Source: a virus
Taxonomy: Duplodnaviria > Heunggongvirae > Uroviricota > Caudoviricetes > Herelleviridae
Virus record (IMG/VR): IMGVR_UViG_2974632988_000001
Span: 59,923 to 123,922 of that record
Length of the DNA stretch: 64,000 nucleotides
Reading direction: 5' to 3' (one strand)
Shown: piece by piece, positions 54,499-64,000 of the stretch
Layout of the letters: the number at the start of each line of letters is the position of its first letter
Numbering within the stretch: position 1 is the stretch's first letter
Program-made: the position numbers and the translations under genes
The notes under the pieces: generated by a model
Seen by the model: the letters and a program-made list of their open reading frames with translations, nothing else
Told to the model about the DNA's origin: nothing
The model's database searches: none

Positions 54499-56268
54499 TT
54501 ATTTTCCTAATAACTTCATGTCGAATTTTTCTTCTTTATAAATACGCATGCGTTCCTTAGAATGAGAAAGTAATATTTCGTGTGTGCGGTCAATAAAGTC
54601 CAGTACTAATGTTTGGTTACCATCGATACCATTTAAACGTAGTCCACGACCAATACGCTGTAATACTTGACGTAAACTTTTACCAGCACCAGCTAGGATT
54701 AAGCAACCGATACTGTTTAAATCCAGACCTTCATCGATAAGGGTTGTACCAATCATAAAGGGAACTTCACCGCTACCGAATCGTCGTAATACTTCTTGGC
54801 GCTCCTCGGATGTTAACTCACCTTTAAGGAACACACATTCATGACCTTCTGCTTCAATCATTTCTTTTAACTGTTCTCCGTGGTCAATATGGTTAACGGA
54901 AATTAATACACCAGCTTTTTTCTGTTTATAGAAGGAAGCTCCGACCTTGACAGCGAATCTATTTCTATACTCATTATTCACGATACCCATCTTGTAAGCT
55001 TCTAAATAGTTATCTGCTAATTCGATTCCGCGTGGCTCCTTAATTTCTATCATACGGATAACTGGTTTTGAAGATACGCCTCGTTTTACCATGTCATCAT
55101 TGGATACTTTAGATACAACACCACTGAATAATGCACGGATACGTTGATACAGGATTACGTCTTTGTGGTTTACTGTACCTGTTAATGCGATACGGTATTG
55201 CGCGTTACTACATTGCAATGCGGTTGAGTACCATGATTCACCTTTCGAGCGGTGAGCCTCGTCACCAATAAATACTCTAATAGATTCTACGAAATCATGC
55301 GCTGTTTGCCATTTCTCAAAATTCTTTTTATTCTTTTTCAACAGAATTTTCTCAAATTCACCTTTGTAACTACGCAATACCATTTGTACTTTCTTATCTG
55401 TGTAAGCGTTATCATAAGCAAGAGTAGTAAGAATATTCTCAATTTCTAAATCGTTCTTAGTTTTAGGTGTCCAATTTTTCAAATAATTTTTGATAAGTGT
55501 TCGCGTATTCACTGTATCCAGAAACTTAGGAGCAATGTCTTCCGCCATCTGCTTGATTAATCTATCTTTTTGTGTATATGTAACGCCCTTCGTAGGGTCT
55601 TTTAATGCACTATGTAATGTAGGTATCATAACGAATACTAGTTTCTTATTCTTTATGTCGAACTTACCGTCACCAACCATACCAATTTCTCTTGGCTTTA
55701 ATTGAAGTGCTTCGGTAATACTTTCTTTTGCCTGTCTTAAAATCTCTTTCGAGTGAACCATAAATGCAATACGCTCTCCTCTTTTAACTAAAGGATAAAG
55801 CTGCTTAATGATTCCTGCTGCTGTCATCGTTTTACCTGCGTTCGTTGCTAGGTTGACAATCCCGACTTGTTCTTTTAAAATTTGTTTAACAGAGTCATAC
55901 TGATAATCACGTAGTGTAATAGTTTCACCGTTCTTCACTAATTGGATTTCTTTATCCATACTATCGTGATGTATTAAGGCTCCCGGTCTTGTGTCGTCCA
56001 GTTCGTATGTAAGACCTGCATATTTTTCTTGCATTTCCCGTACACCCTCTAGGAATAGCTGTAGTAGTCCTGTAGGGAACTTGTCCTCTTTCATATCGTA
56101 GAAGTCAGTAATACCGTCCCACACTCCAGCTTTGTAGGCTCTAGAATGGAATACACCGTCTTCTTTTACTCCTAATTTATGGTGCATATGCCCTCTTACT
56201 TTTTCTGCTTTTAATGTATCGCCTTGAAAATCTATATGCGTATACATAATCCCAACCGTAATTTTCAT
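54499..56268 (-). CDS. superfamily 2 DEAH-box DNA helicase
   Basis: Walker A LATNAGKT, DEAH (FIGDEAHRS), SAT-like ALTGT, helicase C motifs. Confidence 0.8.
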   Translation of the reverse strand: MKITVGIMYTHIDFQGDTLKAEKVRGHMHHKLGVKEDGVFHSRAYKAGVWDGITDFYDMKEDKFPTGLLQLFLEGVREMQEKYAGLTYELDDTRPGALIHHDSMDKEIQLVKNGETITLRDYQYDSVKQILKEQVGIVNLATNAGKTMTAAGIIKQLYPLVKRGERIAFMVHSKEILRQAKESITEALQLKPREIGMVGDGKFDIKNKKLVFVMIPTLHSALKDPTKGVTYTQKDRLIKQMAEDIAPKFLDTVNTRTLIKNYLKNWTPKTKNDLEIENILTTLAYDNAYTDKKVQMVLRSYKGEFEKILLKKNKKNFEKWQTAHDFVESIRVFIGDEAHRSKGESWYSTALQCSNAQYRIALTGTVNHKDVILYQRIRALFSGVVSKVSNDDMVKRGVSSKPVIRMIEIKEPRGIELADNYLEAYKMGIVNNEYRNRFAVKVGASFYKQKKAGVLISVNHIDHGEQLKEMIEAEGHECVFLKGELTSEERQEVLRRFGSGEVPFMIGTTLIDEGLDLNSIGCLILAGAGKSLRQVLQRIGRGLRLNGIDGNQTLVLDFIDRTHEILLSHSKERMRIYKEEKFDMKLLGK

Positions 56269-56335
56269 TTACACAAATTCCTCCTATTTGTTAAAATATC
56301 TCATATATTAATTATATCATAGTTAGAAAAGTGAA

Positions 56336-56368
56336 CATGAAAAGAGGACATCTATTCGATGTCCTTCT
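56336..56368 (-). terminator. hairpin terminator candidate (AGGACATC/GATGTCCT) at end of the structural operon
   Basis: Inverted repeat 56345-56352/56359-56366 overlapping last codons of 56352..56546; weak U-tract. Confidence 0.4.
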
Positions 56369-56546
56369 CCTTGTACTGCGTTATTAGCTCTGCTAGTTGA
56401 GCTTTCATTTGTTCTACTTCTGCTAGGCTTTTATCGAGCGCTTCCGACTTCTCCTCGATGTTCTGCATAGCGCGACCTGTTCTTAACTCCGATGGAGTAG
56501 GGACGAATATTAACGCCCCTGAACTATCTCTTCTTTCTGTAGCCAT
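56352..56546 (-). CDS. hypothetical small coiled-coil protein
   Basis: 64 aa ORF; hairpin at 56344-56367. Confidence 0.45.
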   Translation of the reverse strand: MATERRDSSGALIFVPTPSELRTGRAMQNIEEKSEALDKSLAEVEQMKAQLAELITQYKEKDIE

Positions 56547-56558
56547 TTTTAATCCTCC

Positions 56559-59500
56559 TTAGTATACTGTTTGTTTCGTTACTGCTGTCAGCTTTTTAAC
56601 ACGAGGTCGTAGGAATCGGTTATCGCCCTCTAGAATCAAACGGTATTTAACAGATTTGTTAGTTGCTGCGGAAGAAACTTTCTCTGCATATGTGATTCTA
56701 TTAAACTCTTGCGATTCTTTTACGGATGTTGGAGTAACTTTAAAGTCAATCCAAGTCTGTCCTCCGTCTAAAGAGTACTGTGGTTTAACTCGCGTACCTG
56801 CTGGTTTCGCCTCACTATACGCCATTGTGATAGTATCGAATGGTGCATCTGTTTGGTCGATTGTCTTCGTTGTGTACTTACCGCTAGTAGCACTTACGAA
56901 GTTGACGAACAGTAAGTCATCTAGAGCTAACATCGGAGAGATGTAACGATTAGATTTGAATGTTGCTCGTAACTTAGCTAAACCGACTACGAATGGCGTT
57001 TGTACCCCTGCATAGTTCGCTAGTGGCATCCACGGAACCGAATCGATAGTAACTGTGTTAACGTTGGACTGGTCTACGATTTTAACTTCCCACTTACAAC
57101 CTGTGTTCTCTGGTGTTAAGAATGAAGCCATTAACAGGATTCCGTTAGAATCGATATTACGCATTGTATCAAACTCGATAATACCTTCCTCTGCGAACTC
57201 TGCTGTGTAGATTTTGAACTTCATATCTGTTTCTTGGTGAACTGTCCATGATACGGCATTTGAAGAACTGAATAGAACACCATTTACGTATGGCTGTGTA
57301 ACTACTGTTTGCTTCGTAGCGCCGATAGTGTCTTTACCCCAAGTTGCACAGAACATAGTGTAATCTGCGCTATCTGTGATGAACACGATACAATAGCTTT
57401 GTCCAGCTTCTACCATTAACGGGTCGTCAAGTCCGATTTTTGTTTCTTTAGAACCATCTTCTGATGTAACAATATCAGCAGGAGTTAAAACACGTTCTGC
57501 ATATACTGTACGGTTCGGAAGACCTCCATCAGAGATACCGCGTACCTGCATGATGATATTGTCTTTAGCAGACTTGGAAGCGAAATAAACACCTACAGAC
57601 GAGATAACACGAGGTTGTGTCAATGCGAATGATTGAGCTAATGGGTCATATAACTGGAATGTTACGTGAGTACGTGTAATCGTATCAGTTGTAATCTTAG
57701 CTGTACCTTGTGCAGAGAATGTTGTAATCGCCATGTTGTCATCATTTCGTAATGATACTTCACGAGTCCCTGTACGGATGTTCTGCGGAATCATAAACTT
57801 ACCTGTAGCAATACCCTGACTGTTTGCATTAATCGTACCAGCCGTACCAGCTTGTGTAGAACCAGTAGGTGTACAGTTAACACGAACGCCATCGAACATT
57901 ACGTATAAGTTGTTTGACATAGGCTTTAAGTTCGTAGCTGTGAAGTTAATTTCGATTTGTCGCATGTACTCAATTACTTCGTTACGAGTGTTTTGTGCCG
58001 AACTCCACATAACCCCTTCTGCTTTATCTGTTTTGCTCCAACCTAATGATGCTTCGTTCCATTCTGCGCCACCTAGAAGACTCGTGTTGTCTACTAACCA
58101 TTGGTTGTAGTCATTCAGTGTACCCCAGACAGCTTCGCCCGCATGCGCCCACCAACGGTTAATTTGCGTAGTTACGAAATCTTCCTCGTATAGTGTGACA
58201 CGTTTCTCATCAATCCAGTTATCGGATTCCGGTGTAAGCTTTAGAACACCTTGCTTATTGAATACCATGTACGGGTTAACGTTCCATGCTTCTGTAGCAA
58301 GTGGTTGGTTAATCTCTACAATCTCTTTGAATGGGGCTGTTACTAAACGTCCCCAAGACTTCGCTACTGATTCATTCTCCATAAACTTAGGTTTAACCTT
58401 TTGACCATCTGGAGTCGAAGTAGAAAGCGTGATGTGAGCATCATCAAATGAGAATGAGATATCAGTTTCCTGCGGGTCAATACGGCTAAAGTCTGTGAAA
58501 GCATCTGCGAACACACCGCGCATTGATAATGGGTCTTGTGATTTACCAGCTTGCTTTTCTAACATAAGGATAGCTTGGTTATACTCTACGTTTTCTAAAC
58601 GAGTTTTCATAACCTGCAAGTCTTCCATACGTAGACGAGTTACACCAGTATTCTTTGCAATCGCTTTATCAGAGAAAGGGTATAAGTGAACATTACCGAC
58701 CTTAAATGTTAACGGGTCAATGCTTACTGGAATACGTGCTTCCCCTTCACGGTCTGGTTGACCTTGTGTTACTGTGAAGTTACCTTTTACATCTAATGTT
58801 ACGATGTCTTCACGAGATAGGTAGTAATCGTAATCGACACGTACAACGCCTTTGTCTTTAGGTTTAGCTCCTCCTAGACCAGCGAAACTTACTTCCGTTA
58901 CAGCACCGATACCGCTTTCATTTGGAGTTGTAACTACTTTGTAGTCCGTACCCTCTTTCATTACTCGCTCGTATTCGAATGTAACTTTGTATGTAGTATT
59001 AGGAGTAGGTTCTTTACCATTTAAACCTGTATTCCAATCGATGTATGTAATACCAGAGTCTTGAACTACTCGGTAATCGTCACCTTGTTTGTATGTATAA
59101 GCTGGACTATCTGTAAACACTTTCATTGTAGTCGCATCAACGTTAGTATATTGTGTTGGTAAAGCATCTCTACCATCTGCTGTCCCACCTCTAGATACGG
59201 TCATACCTGATGGGCTATCTGCACGACCTAATACTAGTTTTACCTGCTTGACGAATGCACTATTTACTGTTACCTTTTGTTTAGTGTTATCATAAGTAGA
59301 AGTCTCTTGGTAGATACTGTTTGATGCTGTTACCTTTGGTAGTTGGATACGAGTAGATGTTGGTTTACTAATGCGGTAACCTTTTACATAAGCCACGCCA
59401 CCATCGATTACAAGTGTGATTGTGTCACTCGTTAACCCTTTATCAATCCACATGTTGAATCCTTCTACTTGGTAAGAACCTGATTCCTCGTCTGTACGCT

Positions 59501-60074
59501 GTGCTAATACATCGTTAATGAATGAGAACTCTGGTCGGTCTGGTTCGATGAATAGAGAGCCATCTTCAAATTGATAGATTGATGGAGCAGAATCTTTGTT
59601 GTAAGTGATTACTACTTTCTCTTCTAATCTATCGGCACCTTCTGATAAATAGTTGGCTACATCTTGTGTTGGGTCTAATAGTGTTGGGTCTTCATTAAAA
59701 GTGATAATCTTTTGTGCAAGCTCGACACCAATTACTTCTTTACCTTTACCAGTGAAAGGAATTGTTTGCTCGTCTACTGCTCGGATTTGACCACCTAAGT
59801 ATACGAATCCCTTTTGGATTGTAATAGATTCGAATCCTTGCTCTTTATCATTGTTTTTATAATTGAAAACGAACGCCATACCACCTTGAATAGCTCCATC
59901 AGCGAAGATGCTATCACCCATACGTTTAATATGGAAGTTGTAGATGGATTGTAATTCGTTAAGTTCTGCTTGTTGTAAAGCTTTATCTGCTCTAAACAGA
60001 ACTTTACTACGACCACTATCGGCTTTGAAGCGGTCATAGTAAGGTGCTTTGGATAAGTCTAATGTCTCTGCCAA
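56559..60074 (-). CDS. large virion structural protein (baseplate/tail fiber-like, 1171 aa)
   Basis: Large beta-rich ORF downstream of baseplate J-like gene in the same operon. Confidence 0.5.
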   Translation of the reverse strand: MAETLDLSKAPYYDRFKADSGRSKVLFRADKALQQAELNELQSIYNFHIKRMGDSIFADGAIQGGMAFVFNYKNNDKEQGFESITIQKGFVYLGGQIRAVDEQTIPFTGKGKEVIGVELAQKIITFNEDPTLLDPTQDVANYLSEGADRLEEKVVITYNKDSAPSIYQFEDGSLFIEPDRPEFSFINDVLAQRTDEESGSYQVEGFNMWIDKGLTSDTITLVIDGGVAYVKGYRISKPTSTRIQLPKVTASNSIYQETSTYDNTKQKVTVNSAFVKQVKLVLGRADSPSGMTVSRGGTADGRDALPTQYTNVDATTMKVFTDSPAYTYKQGDDYRVVQDSGITYIDWNTGLNGKEPTPNTTYKVTFEYERVMKEGTDYKVVTTPNESGIGAVTEVSFAGLGGAKPKDKGVVRVDYDYYLSREDIVTLDVKGNFTVTQGQPDREGEARIPVSIDPLTFKVGNVHLYPFSDKAIAKNTGVTRLRMEDLQVMKTRLENVEYNQAILMLEKQAGKSQDPLSMRGVFADAFTDFSRIDPQETDISFSFDDAHITLSTSTPDGQKVKPKFMENESVAKSWGRLVTAPFKEIVEINQPLATEAWNVNPYMVFNKQGVLKLTPESDNWIDEKRVTLYEEDFVTTQINRWWAHAGEAVWGTLNDYNQWLVDNTSLLGGAEWNEASLGWSKTDKAEGVMWSSAQNTRNEVIEYMRQIEINFTATNLKPMSNNLYVMFDGVRVNCTPTGSTQAGTAGTINANSQGIATGKFMIPQNIRTGTREVSLRNDDNMAITTFSAQGTAKITTDTITRTHVTFQLYDPLAQSFALTQPRVISSVGVYFASKSAKDNIIMQVRGISDGGLPNRTVYAERVLTPADIVTSEDGSKETKIGLDDPLMVEAGQSYCIVFITDSADYTMFCATWGKDTIGATKQTVVTQPYVNGVLFSSSNAVSWTVHQETDMKFKIYTAEFAEEGIIEFDTMRNIDSNGILLMASFLTPENTGCKWEVKIVDQSNVNTVTIDSVPWMPLANYAGVQTPFVVGLAKLRATFKSNRYISPMLALDDLLFVNFVSATSGKYTTKTIDQTDAPFDTITMAYSEAKPAGTRVKPQYSLDGGQTWIDFKVTPTSVKESQEFNRITYAEKVSSAATNKSVKYRLILEGDNRFLRPRVKKLTAVTKQTVY

Positions 60075-60089
60075 TTGCTTTCACTCCTA

Positions 60090-62585
60090 TTATTTATTTT
60101 GGATATCTATAATGAACTCTTCTATAATAGCTAAGTTGTCTCCCCGTTTCTGAACTGCTTGACCTTCCTCGTAAGGGATTGGGTCACCTTTGTTTATACA
60201 CACGTTTTTGATACGCAGGTTTTTACCTAAAGATGCTTCAATACGAGGGAAGTAAATTCTCCACATACACGCGACAGCATTAGCTGGTATTGTTTGAATA
60301 TGGTTCAATCTAACCCATTTACCTGTCTCCATTGTAAAATCTCGTGAGTACTCAATCCAGTTCTTACCATCGTTAAACCAGAAGGACAAGTATGCACCCG
60401 GGACATCACAGTTAACATCTGCGGATAAAGTTACTTTATCTCCTAGTTCGAACCCATTTAAGCCGTTATCGTAAGAGCCTAGCTGGAACGCAGAATCATT
60501 ATATCTAGTACAAGTTAACCCTAAGTAGTCTTGGTTCCAGAATGATTGTACGTTGATACCTCGGATAGTTTCTGTAGCTGGTCTATCATTATCAGAAGGT
60601 AATCTAGGGAATACGTTAACCGCACTACTATAAAGTACTCGGTTCTTTGTAAATGGTTTAAAAGTTTCTGATGTTTGGATTACACCTTCCTTGACTAGTT
60701 CTGATGGTAGATGAAGTGGTTGGTACCCATTCGAGAATGTAGGAACTACATCGATGTCTCTTCGCATGTATTGTTTATTTTCGAACATACCACCTTCAAC
60801 TGTAGTCTGGTAATAAATCATGGTTACGTCTTCTTCCTTAAGCTTATCAACAGGAACCATGTAGTAGGATTCTCCACCGTATTCTAGTTTAGGGTAAGTC
60901 TTAACAGGGGTACCAAGAACAGGTTTTACAGGTATTACTCTGTTTACCCTCTTATAACCTATTATATCATAATCCGCTAATCTCAAGTACGTTTTGTCCT
61001 TGTTGTCGAATAACTGCTTAAGTTTATCTTGAATGTCGTAATCAGCTATGTTATGTCCTAAATCTTCCGGTGCTGCTGTGTATGTTAACGGCTTCGTACC
61101 TTTAACTAGTGTTTGCGCTGCTGTTTGGAAGAAGTTACCAGAATTTTGTATTTGGTCTACTTCGAATCGTAGTTTACCGTTGTTAGATATTAAAGCTGCT
61201 TCTAGCGGGATAGTGATACTGAACATTTGCCAATTTTCGTTAGCATTCCCAACAACCGTACCTCCCATAGAACTACCATCACAGAAGAACTTAACAGGCA
61301 TCGGCTTTATAGTGTCTAATCGAGTTAATTCTACGTCTGTAACAGATACACTACCATTCTTTCTTATCCATATTTTGTATAAGGTATCTATAGTTTCTGT
61401 TGTTACCGTTACATCTCTACTAAATTCAACCCATTGATTAATTCTACCTACATCTGTTACCTCTAGATTGGCAAAAGGGTTAACTAGCGCACCGTTTGCA
61501 TCTGCACCTTTAAATTCTACAGCTAAACCTGCGTCTAAAGCTATATCGCTGTTAACTCGATACATAAAACGAACTCTATATTTTTGACCTACCTGTAATT
61601 TCGATATGCCTCCGGCTAGTAACGGTTGTTCGACTGTTATATAGCGGTTAAATGTAAAACCAGAAGCCCGCATAGTAGCAGCATACCCGTATGTATTATC
61701 TCTTTCCACAGTAACTAGGTTTGGTGACGGAGCGCTGAATGGAGCTAGTTGACCTGTAGCAAAGTTACCATTGACTATAGAGTTATTTGTTACTCTAACA
61801 GATTGAGAGTATGTGATTGTATCACCTACCTTTGCTGCTTTTCTATCAACAATACTAGGAACGTTGTAACGGATACTACCCCAGTTTGTACTTGTTTGCA
61901 CTATCTTGGTTCCTAAGAAACGTTTGTCTAATAATTGTACAGTAAGAGGATTATAACTCCACGGGTCATTATTACCAGAATATTCTCTAGTCTTAACGAG
62001 TAAGTTACGGTTGTTAATTACTTTTTTCCCAATAGGTTCCGCGTCCTCATTCTTTCTGTTTGGTAATCGAGATAATGTTGCTCGAACTCCAGCAGGTTTG
62101 AATTTCTCAATCTCACTCAAAACATCTAAAGGGACATTCTCTGTGAATCTAGCATCGATAACGGCTGTCGTGTAGTACTTACCTAGTAAGTGGTCTTCAC
62201 CATTTAGTTTTGATTTGTTCAAGATAAACACGTTCTTGTAAGGTTCATAAATCTCAACCTTAGTCGTTGGGTCATTTAAGTATTTCTTAATTGCATCTTC
62301 GATAGAAATTACAGTACCTCTTTCGATAAGAATGAAGTTGATGATTCGCTGTCTGTATGTATCGTCGTCCTCATTGTCTTTGCGGAACACACCGAACTTA
62401 TCTCCGAACTCATCTAGCCATTGCCCGGTAGCTGTCTCTAATCGCGCGTCCTTCTTACTACTAATAGCATCGGTAGCTACGCTTTGTAACATATCATCTA
62501 AGGAAGCAAGGACAACACTGTGGGGGCTGCTGTCCTTCGTTAATCTTGTTTTCCATAGAGGATGTAAATATTTCATGAAGCTCAT
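60090..62585 (-). CDS. virion structural protein (baseplate/tail fiber-like, 831 aa)
   Basis: Position in baseplate module; beta-rich. Confidence 0.5.
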   Translation of the reverse strand: MSFMKYLHPLWKTRLTKDSSPHSVVLASLDDMLQSVATDAISSKKDARLETATGQWLDEFGDKFGVFRKDNEDDDTYRQRIINFILIERGTVISIEDAIKKYLNDPTTKVEIYEPYKNVFILNKSKLNGEDHLLGKYYTTAVIDARFTENVPLDVLSEIEKFKPAGVRATLSRLPNRKNEDAEPIGKKVINNRNLLVKTREYSGNNDPWSYNPLTVQLLDKRFLGTKIVQTSTNWGSIRYNVPSIVDRKAAKVGDTITYSQSVRVTNNSIVNGNFATGQLAPFSAPSPNLVTVERDNTYGYAATMRASGFTFNRYITVEQPLLAGGISKLQVGQKYRVRFMYRVNSDIALDAGLAVEFKGADANGALVNPFANLEVTDVGRINQWVEFSRDVTVTTETIDTLYKIWIRKNGSVSVTDVELTRLDTIKPMPVKFFCDGSSMGGTVVGNANENWQMFSITIPLEAALISNNGKLRFEVDQIQNSGNFFQTAAQTLVKGTKPLTYTAAPEDLGHNIADYDIQDKLKQLFDNKDKTYLRLADYDIIGYKRVNRVIPVKPVLGTPVKTYPKLEYGGESYYMVPVDKLKEEDVTMIYYQTTVEGGMFENKQYMRRDIDVVPTFSNGYQPLHLPSELVKEGVIQTSETFKPFTKNRVLYSSAVNVFPRLPSDNDRPATETIRGINVQSFWNQDYLGLTCTRYNDSAFQLGSYDNGLNGFELGDKVTLSADVNCDVPGAYLSFWFNDGKNWIEYSRDFTMETGKWVRLNHIQTIPANAVACMWRIYFPRIEASLGKNLRIKNVCINKGDPIPYEEGQAVQKRGDNLAIIEEFIIDIQNK

Positions 62586-62595
62586 ATTATTCCTC

Positions 62596-63651
62596 CTATA
62601 CTAGTGTTACTTTAATTATACCAGCTCTCACGATTTCGCTACCTTTCACTACCTGATTCGTTGTAGGTGTTGTATACTGAATATCGTATACAAGTTGTTT
62701 ATCTACACTCTTGATAACGTAAGATAAATCGTTTAGAATTAAGTTCTGGGATGTTTGCATATTGTTTAAATATCCTTCAATAGCGAACTTGATTCTATCT
62801 CGTAATGCAGTTGTAATAGCTGGTTTGTTTGCGATAGTAATTGTTACGTCTACATCGATAGATTTACGAGTTACTGGTTTCACTTCTACAGGGATTCCAG
62901 CAGGTTTAAATCGGCTAAGAGATGTCTCTATTGCCAACTTTACAGAATCAGGAAGCTCCCCATTCTTATCGTGCGCGTATATAACTACTAGACCAATCTT
63001 CTCATCTATGTATACACCTGCTACTTCCGGAACTAATCGTGTACCATACTCTAATGCAGGTTTCGTAGCTTTACTTAGGGATTCGATGTAAGAACGGAAT
63101 CGAGCTTTCAATGCTTCTAATGGCTCTTCGTTTTCCCCAGTCTGGAATGCAGCAGGGTTTGTTACAAGCTTTACATTCGATAGAGGTGTCATCATAACGT
63201 CAATTGCGTTTGCTGGTACGTTACCGACCTCCCCTGATGTTAGACAGTATACAAATACTTCTGCTGTTACTGCACCTGCGGGTATGTAGTAATCTTCTAC
63301 AGTTTCATAGATGTTTGCATATTCCGGGAAGCTAGATGTAAATCTTGTACCACGAGGTAATGGTAAGTTTTGTTGAACTGCATTATGGAATGTAATTCGA
63401 ACTCTACCGTATGCTCTTTGTGGAGCCTTACGTTTGAATCCAAAGGACTCGTATACACCTGCTTGTATAGCTTCTTCTAAGTTCTCTTCGGTTAGTACAT
63501 AGAACTGTTCTACTTCCATTGCTACGGCTTCGTATAAAGCTCTAATCGCACTACCTACTGAGAAGTCATTCAGTTTATTTGTGTTTGTTATCGTGTAATC
63601 TACTAATCTTGAGTAGATGTTCATCATGCCTTTAAATTGCAATGCTTTCAC
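62596..63651 (-). CDS. baseplate J-like protein
   Basis: N-terminal NIYSRLVDYTITNTNKLNDFSVGSAIRALYEAVAMEVEQFY resembles gpJ/gp6 baseplate family. Confidence 0.6.
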   Translation of the reverse strand: MKALQFKGMMNIYSRLVDYTITNTNKLNDFSVGSAIRALYEAVAMEVEQFYVLTEENLEEAIQAGVYESFGFKRKAPQRAYGRVRITFHNAVQQNLPLPRGTRFTSSFPEYANIYETVEDYYIPAGAVTAEVFVYCLTSGEVGNVPANAIDVMMTPLSNVKLVTNPAAFQTGENEEPLEALKARFRSYIESLSKATKPALEYGTRLVPEVAGVYIDEKIGLVVIYAHDKNGELPDSVKLAIETSLSRFKPAGIPVEVKPVTRKSIDVDVTITIANKPAITTALRDRIKFAIEGYLNNMQTSQNLILNDLSYVIKSVDKQLVYDIQYTTPTTNQVVKGSEIVRAGIIKVTLV

Positions 63652-63654
63652 CGC

Positions 63655-64000
63655 CTATCGGATATTGTTTACGAAGTTGTCATTAAGGAAAATATCTCCA
63701 TTGTCTTTTGCTGTTAATGCTAGTAAGAACGCTTCATCTACTGCAATAGATGTTACCCTGAACGCGACATCGAGATAGTTGTCGTAGAGGTTATATCCTA
63801 CCTTCTCTACCGACCTTACCCGCCCATCTGTTCGAATTGCTCTTTCTAACTCCACTACTAATAATGTAGCATTTTCCTCTGTATTTTTTTTACCTAAGTA
63901 TTCACTAACGTAGGAGCCGTATCTAGGGTGGTTTAAATAGCTTCCTACTGGAGTTAGAATACGAGTTAATAGAGATTGTTTTAAGTTCTCAATACCACGT
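63655..64000 (-). CDS. structural-module protein, C-terminal part (frame continues to window end)
   Basis: Minus-strand frame open from 63655 to window end; track shows only the part after the first Met. Confidence 0.4.
   Translation of the reverse strand, partial: RGIENLKQSLLTRILTPVGSYLNHPRYGSYVSEYLGKKNTEENATLLVVELERAIRTDGRVRSVEKVGYNLYDNYLDVAFRVTSIAVDEAFLLALTAKDNGDIFLNDNFVNNIR

Noticed and set aside
1163-62604. All plus-strand ORFs in the track (for example 1163..1552, 14466..14948, 18090..18866, 53607..54128, 61048..61437)
   Set aside because: Every one lies inside a longer minus-strand gene with clear homology or consistent operon context. They lack RBSs and have low-complexity S/L/F-rich translations typical of antisense frames of AT-rich genes. 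The minus-strand internal ORFs 6505..6699 and 46555..46749 are rejected for the same reason.
1-64000. CRISPR array or other regularly spaced direct repeats
   Set aside because: No array of repeats of 24-40 bp with unique spacers was seen. The only recurring short motifs are the promoter and terminator elements described, which are irregularly spaced and gene-associated.
1-64000. Integrase/repressor lysogeny module
   Set aside because: No tyrosine or serine recombinase motifs and no CI-like repressor were found. The gene content (own replication, RNR, sigma cascade) indicates a virulent phage.

Overview
The window reads as one contiguous piece of a large virulent Bacillus-type myovirus genome (SPO1-like / Herelleviridae-like): low GC, strong AGGAGG ribosome-binding sites, and frequent GTG/TTG starts. 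Every credible gene, about 100 in total, lies on the minus strand; the plus-strand ORFs in the track all sit inside minus-strand genes and look spurious. Reading in transcription order (high to low coordinates): baseplate/tail genes (about 64000-56350), an SF2 helicase, a DnaD-like protein and a DnaB-like helicase, a phosphatase, SbcD/SbcC-like nuclease and ATPase, primase, dUTPase, a Hjc-like resolvase, class Ib RNR (nrdE, nrdF, nrdI plus thioredoxin), an SPFH protein, a family-A DNA polymerase, a gp32-like SSB, a RecA-like recombinase and a small sigma-like protein. The left 20 kb is a long early region of very small, often acidic, proteins that also contains a sigma factor, homing-endonuclease-like genes, PD-(D/E)XK nucleases, a metallophosphatase/DHH-like pair and a minimal methyltransferase. 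At least 15 host sigma-A-type promoters (TTGACT/TTGACA, 17 bp, TAnnnT) sit immediately downstream of rho-independent terminators and cut this region into insulated early transcription units. I saw no tRNA, CRISPR array, integrase or intron by eye. Candidates for something novel are the phosphoesterase pair at 16.5-18.8 kb, the tandem acidic paralogs at 3.3-3.9 kb, the structured 420-nt noncoding region at 9.5-9.9 kb, the dUTPase with a large insertion, the SSB with a prion-like repeat and a leader uORF, and the SPFH plus micro-membrane-protein pair.
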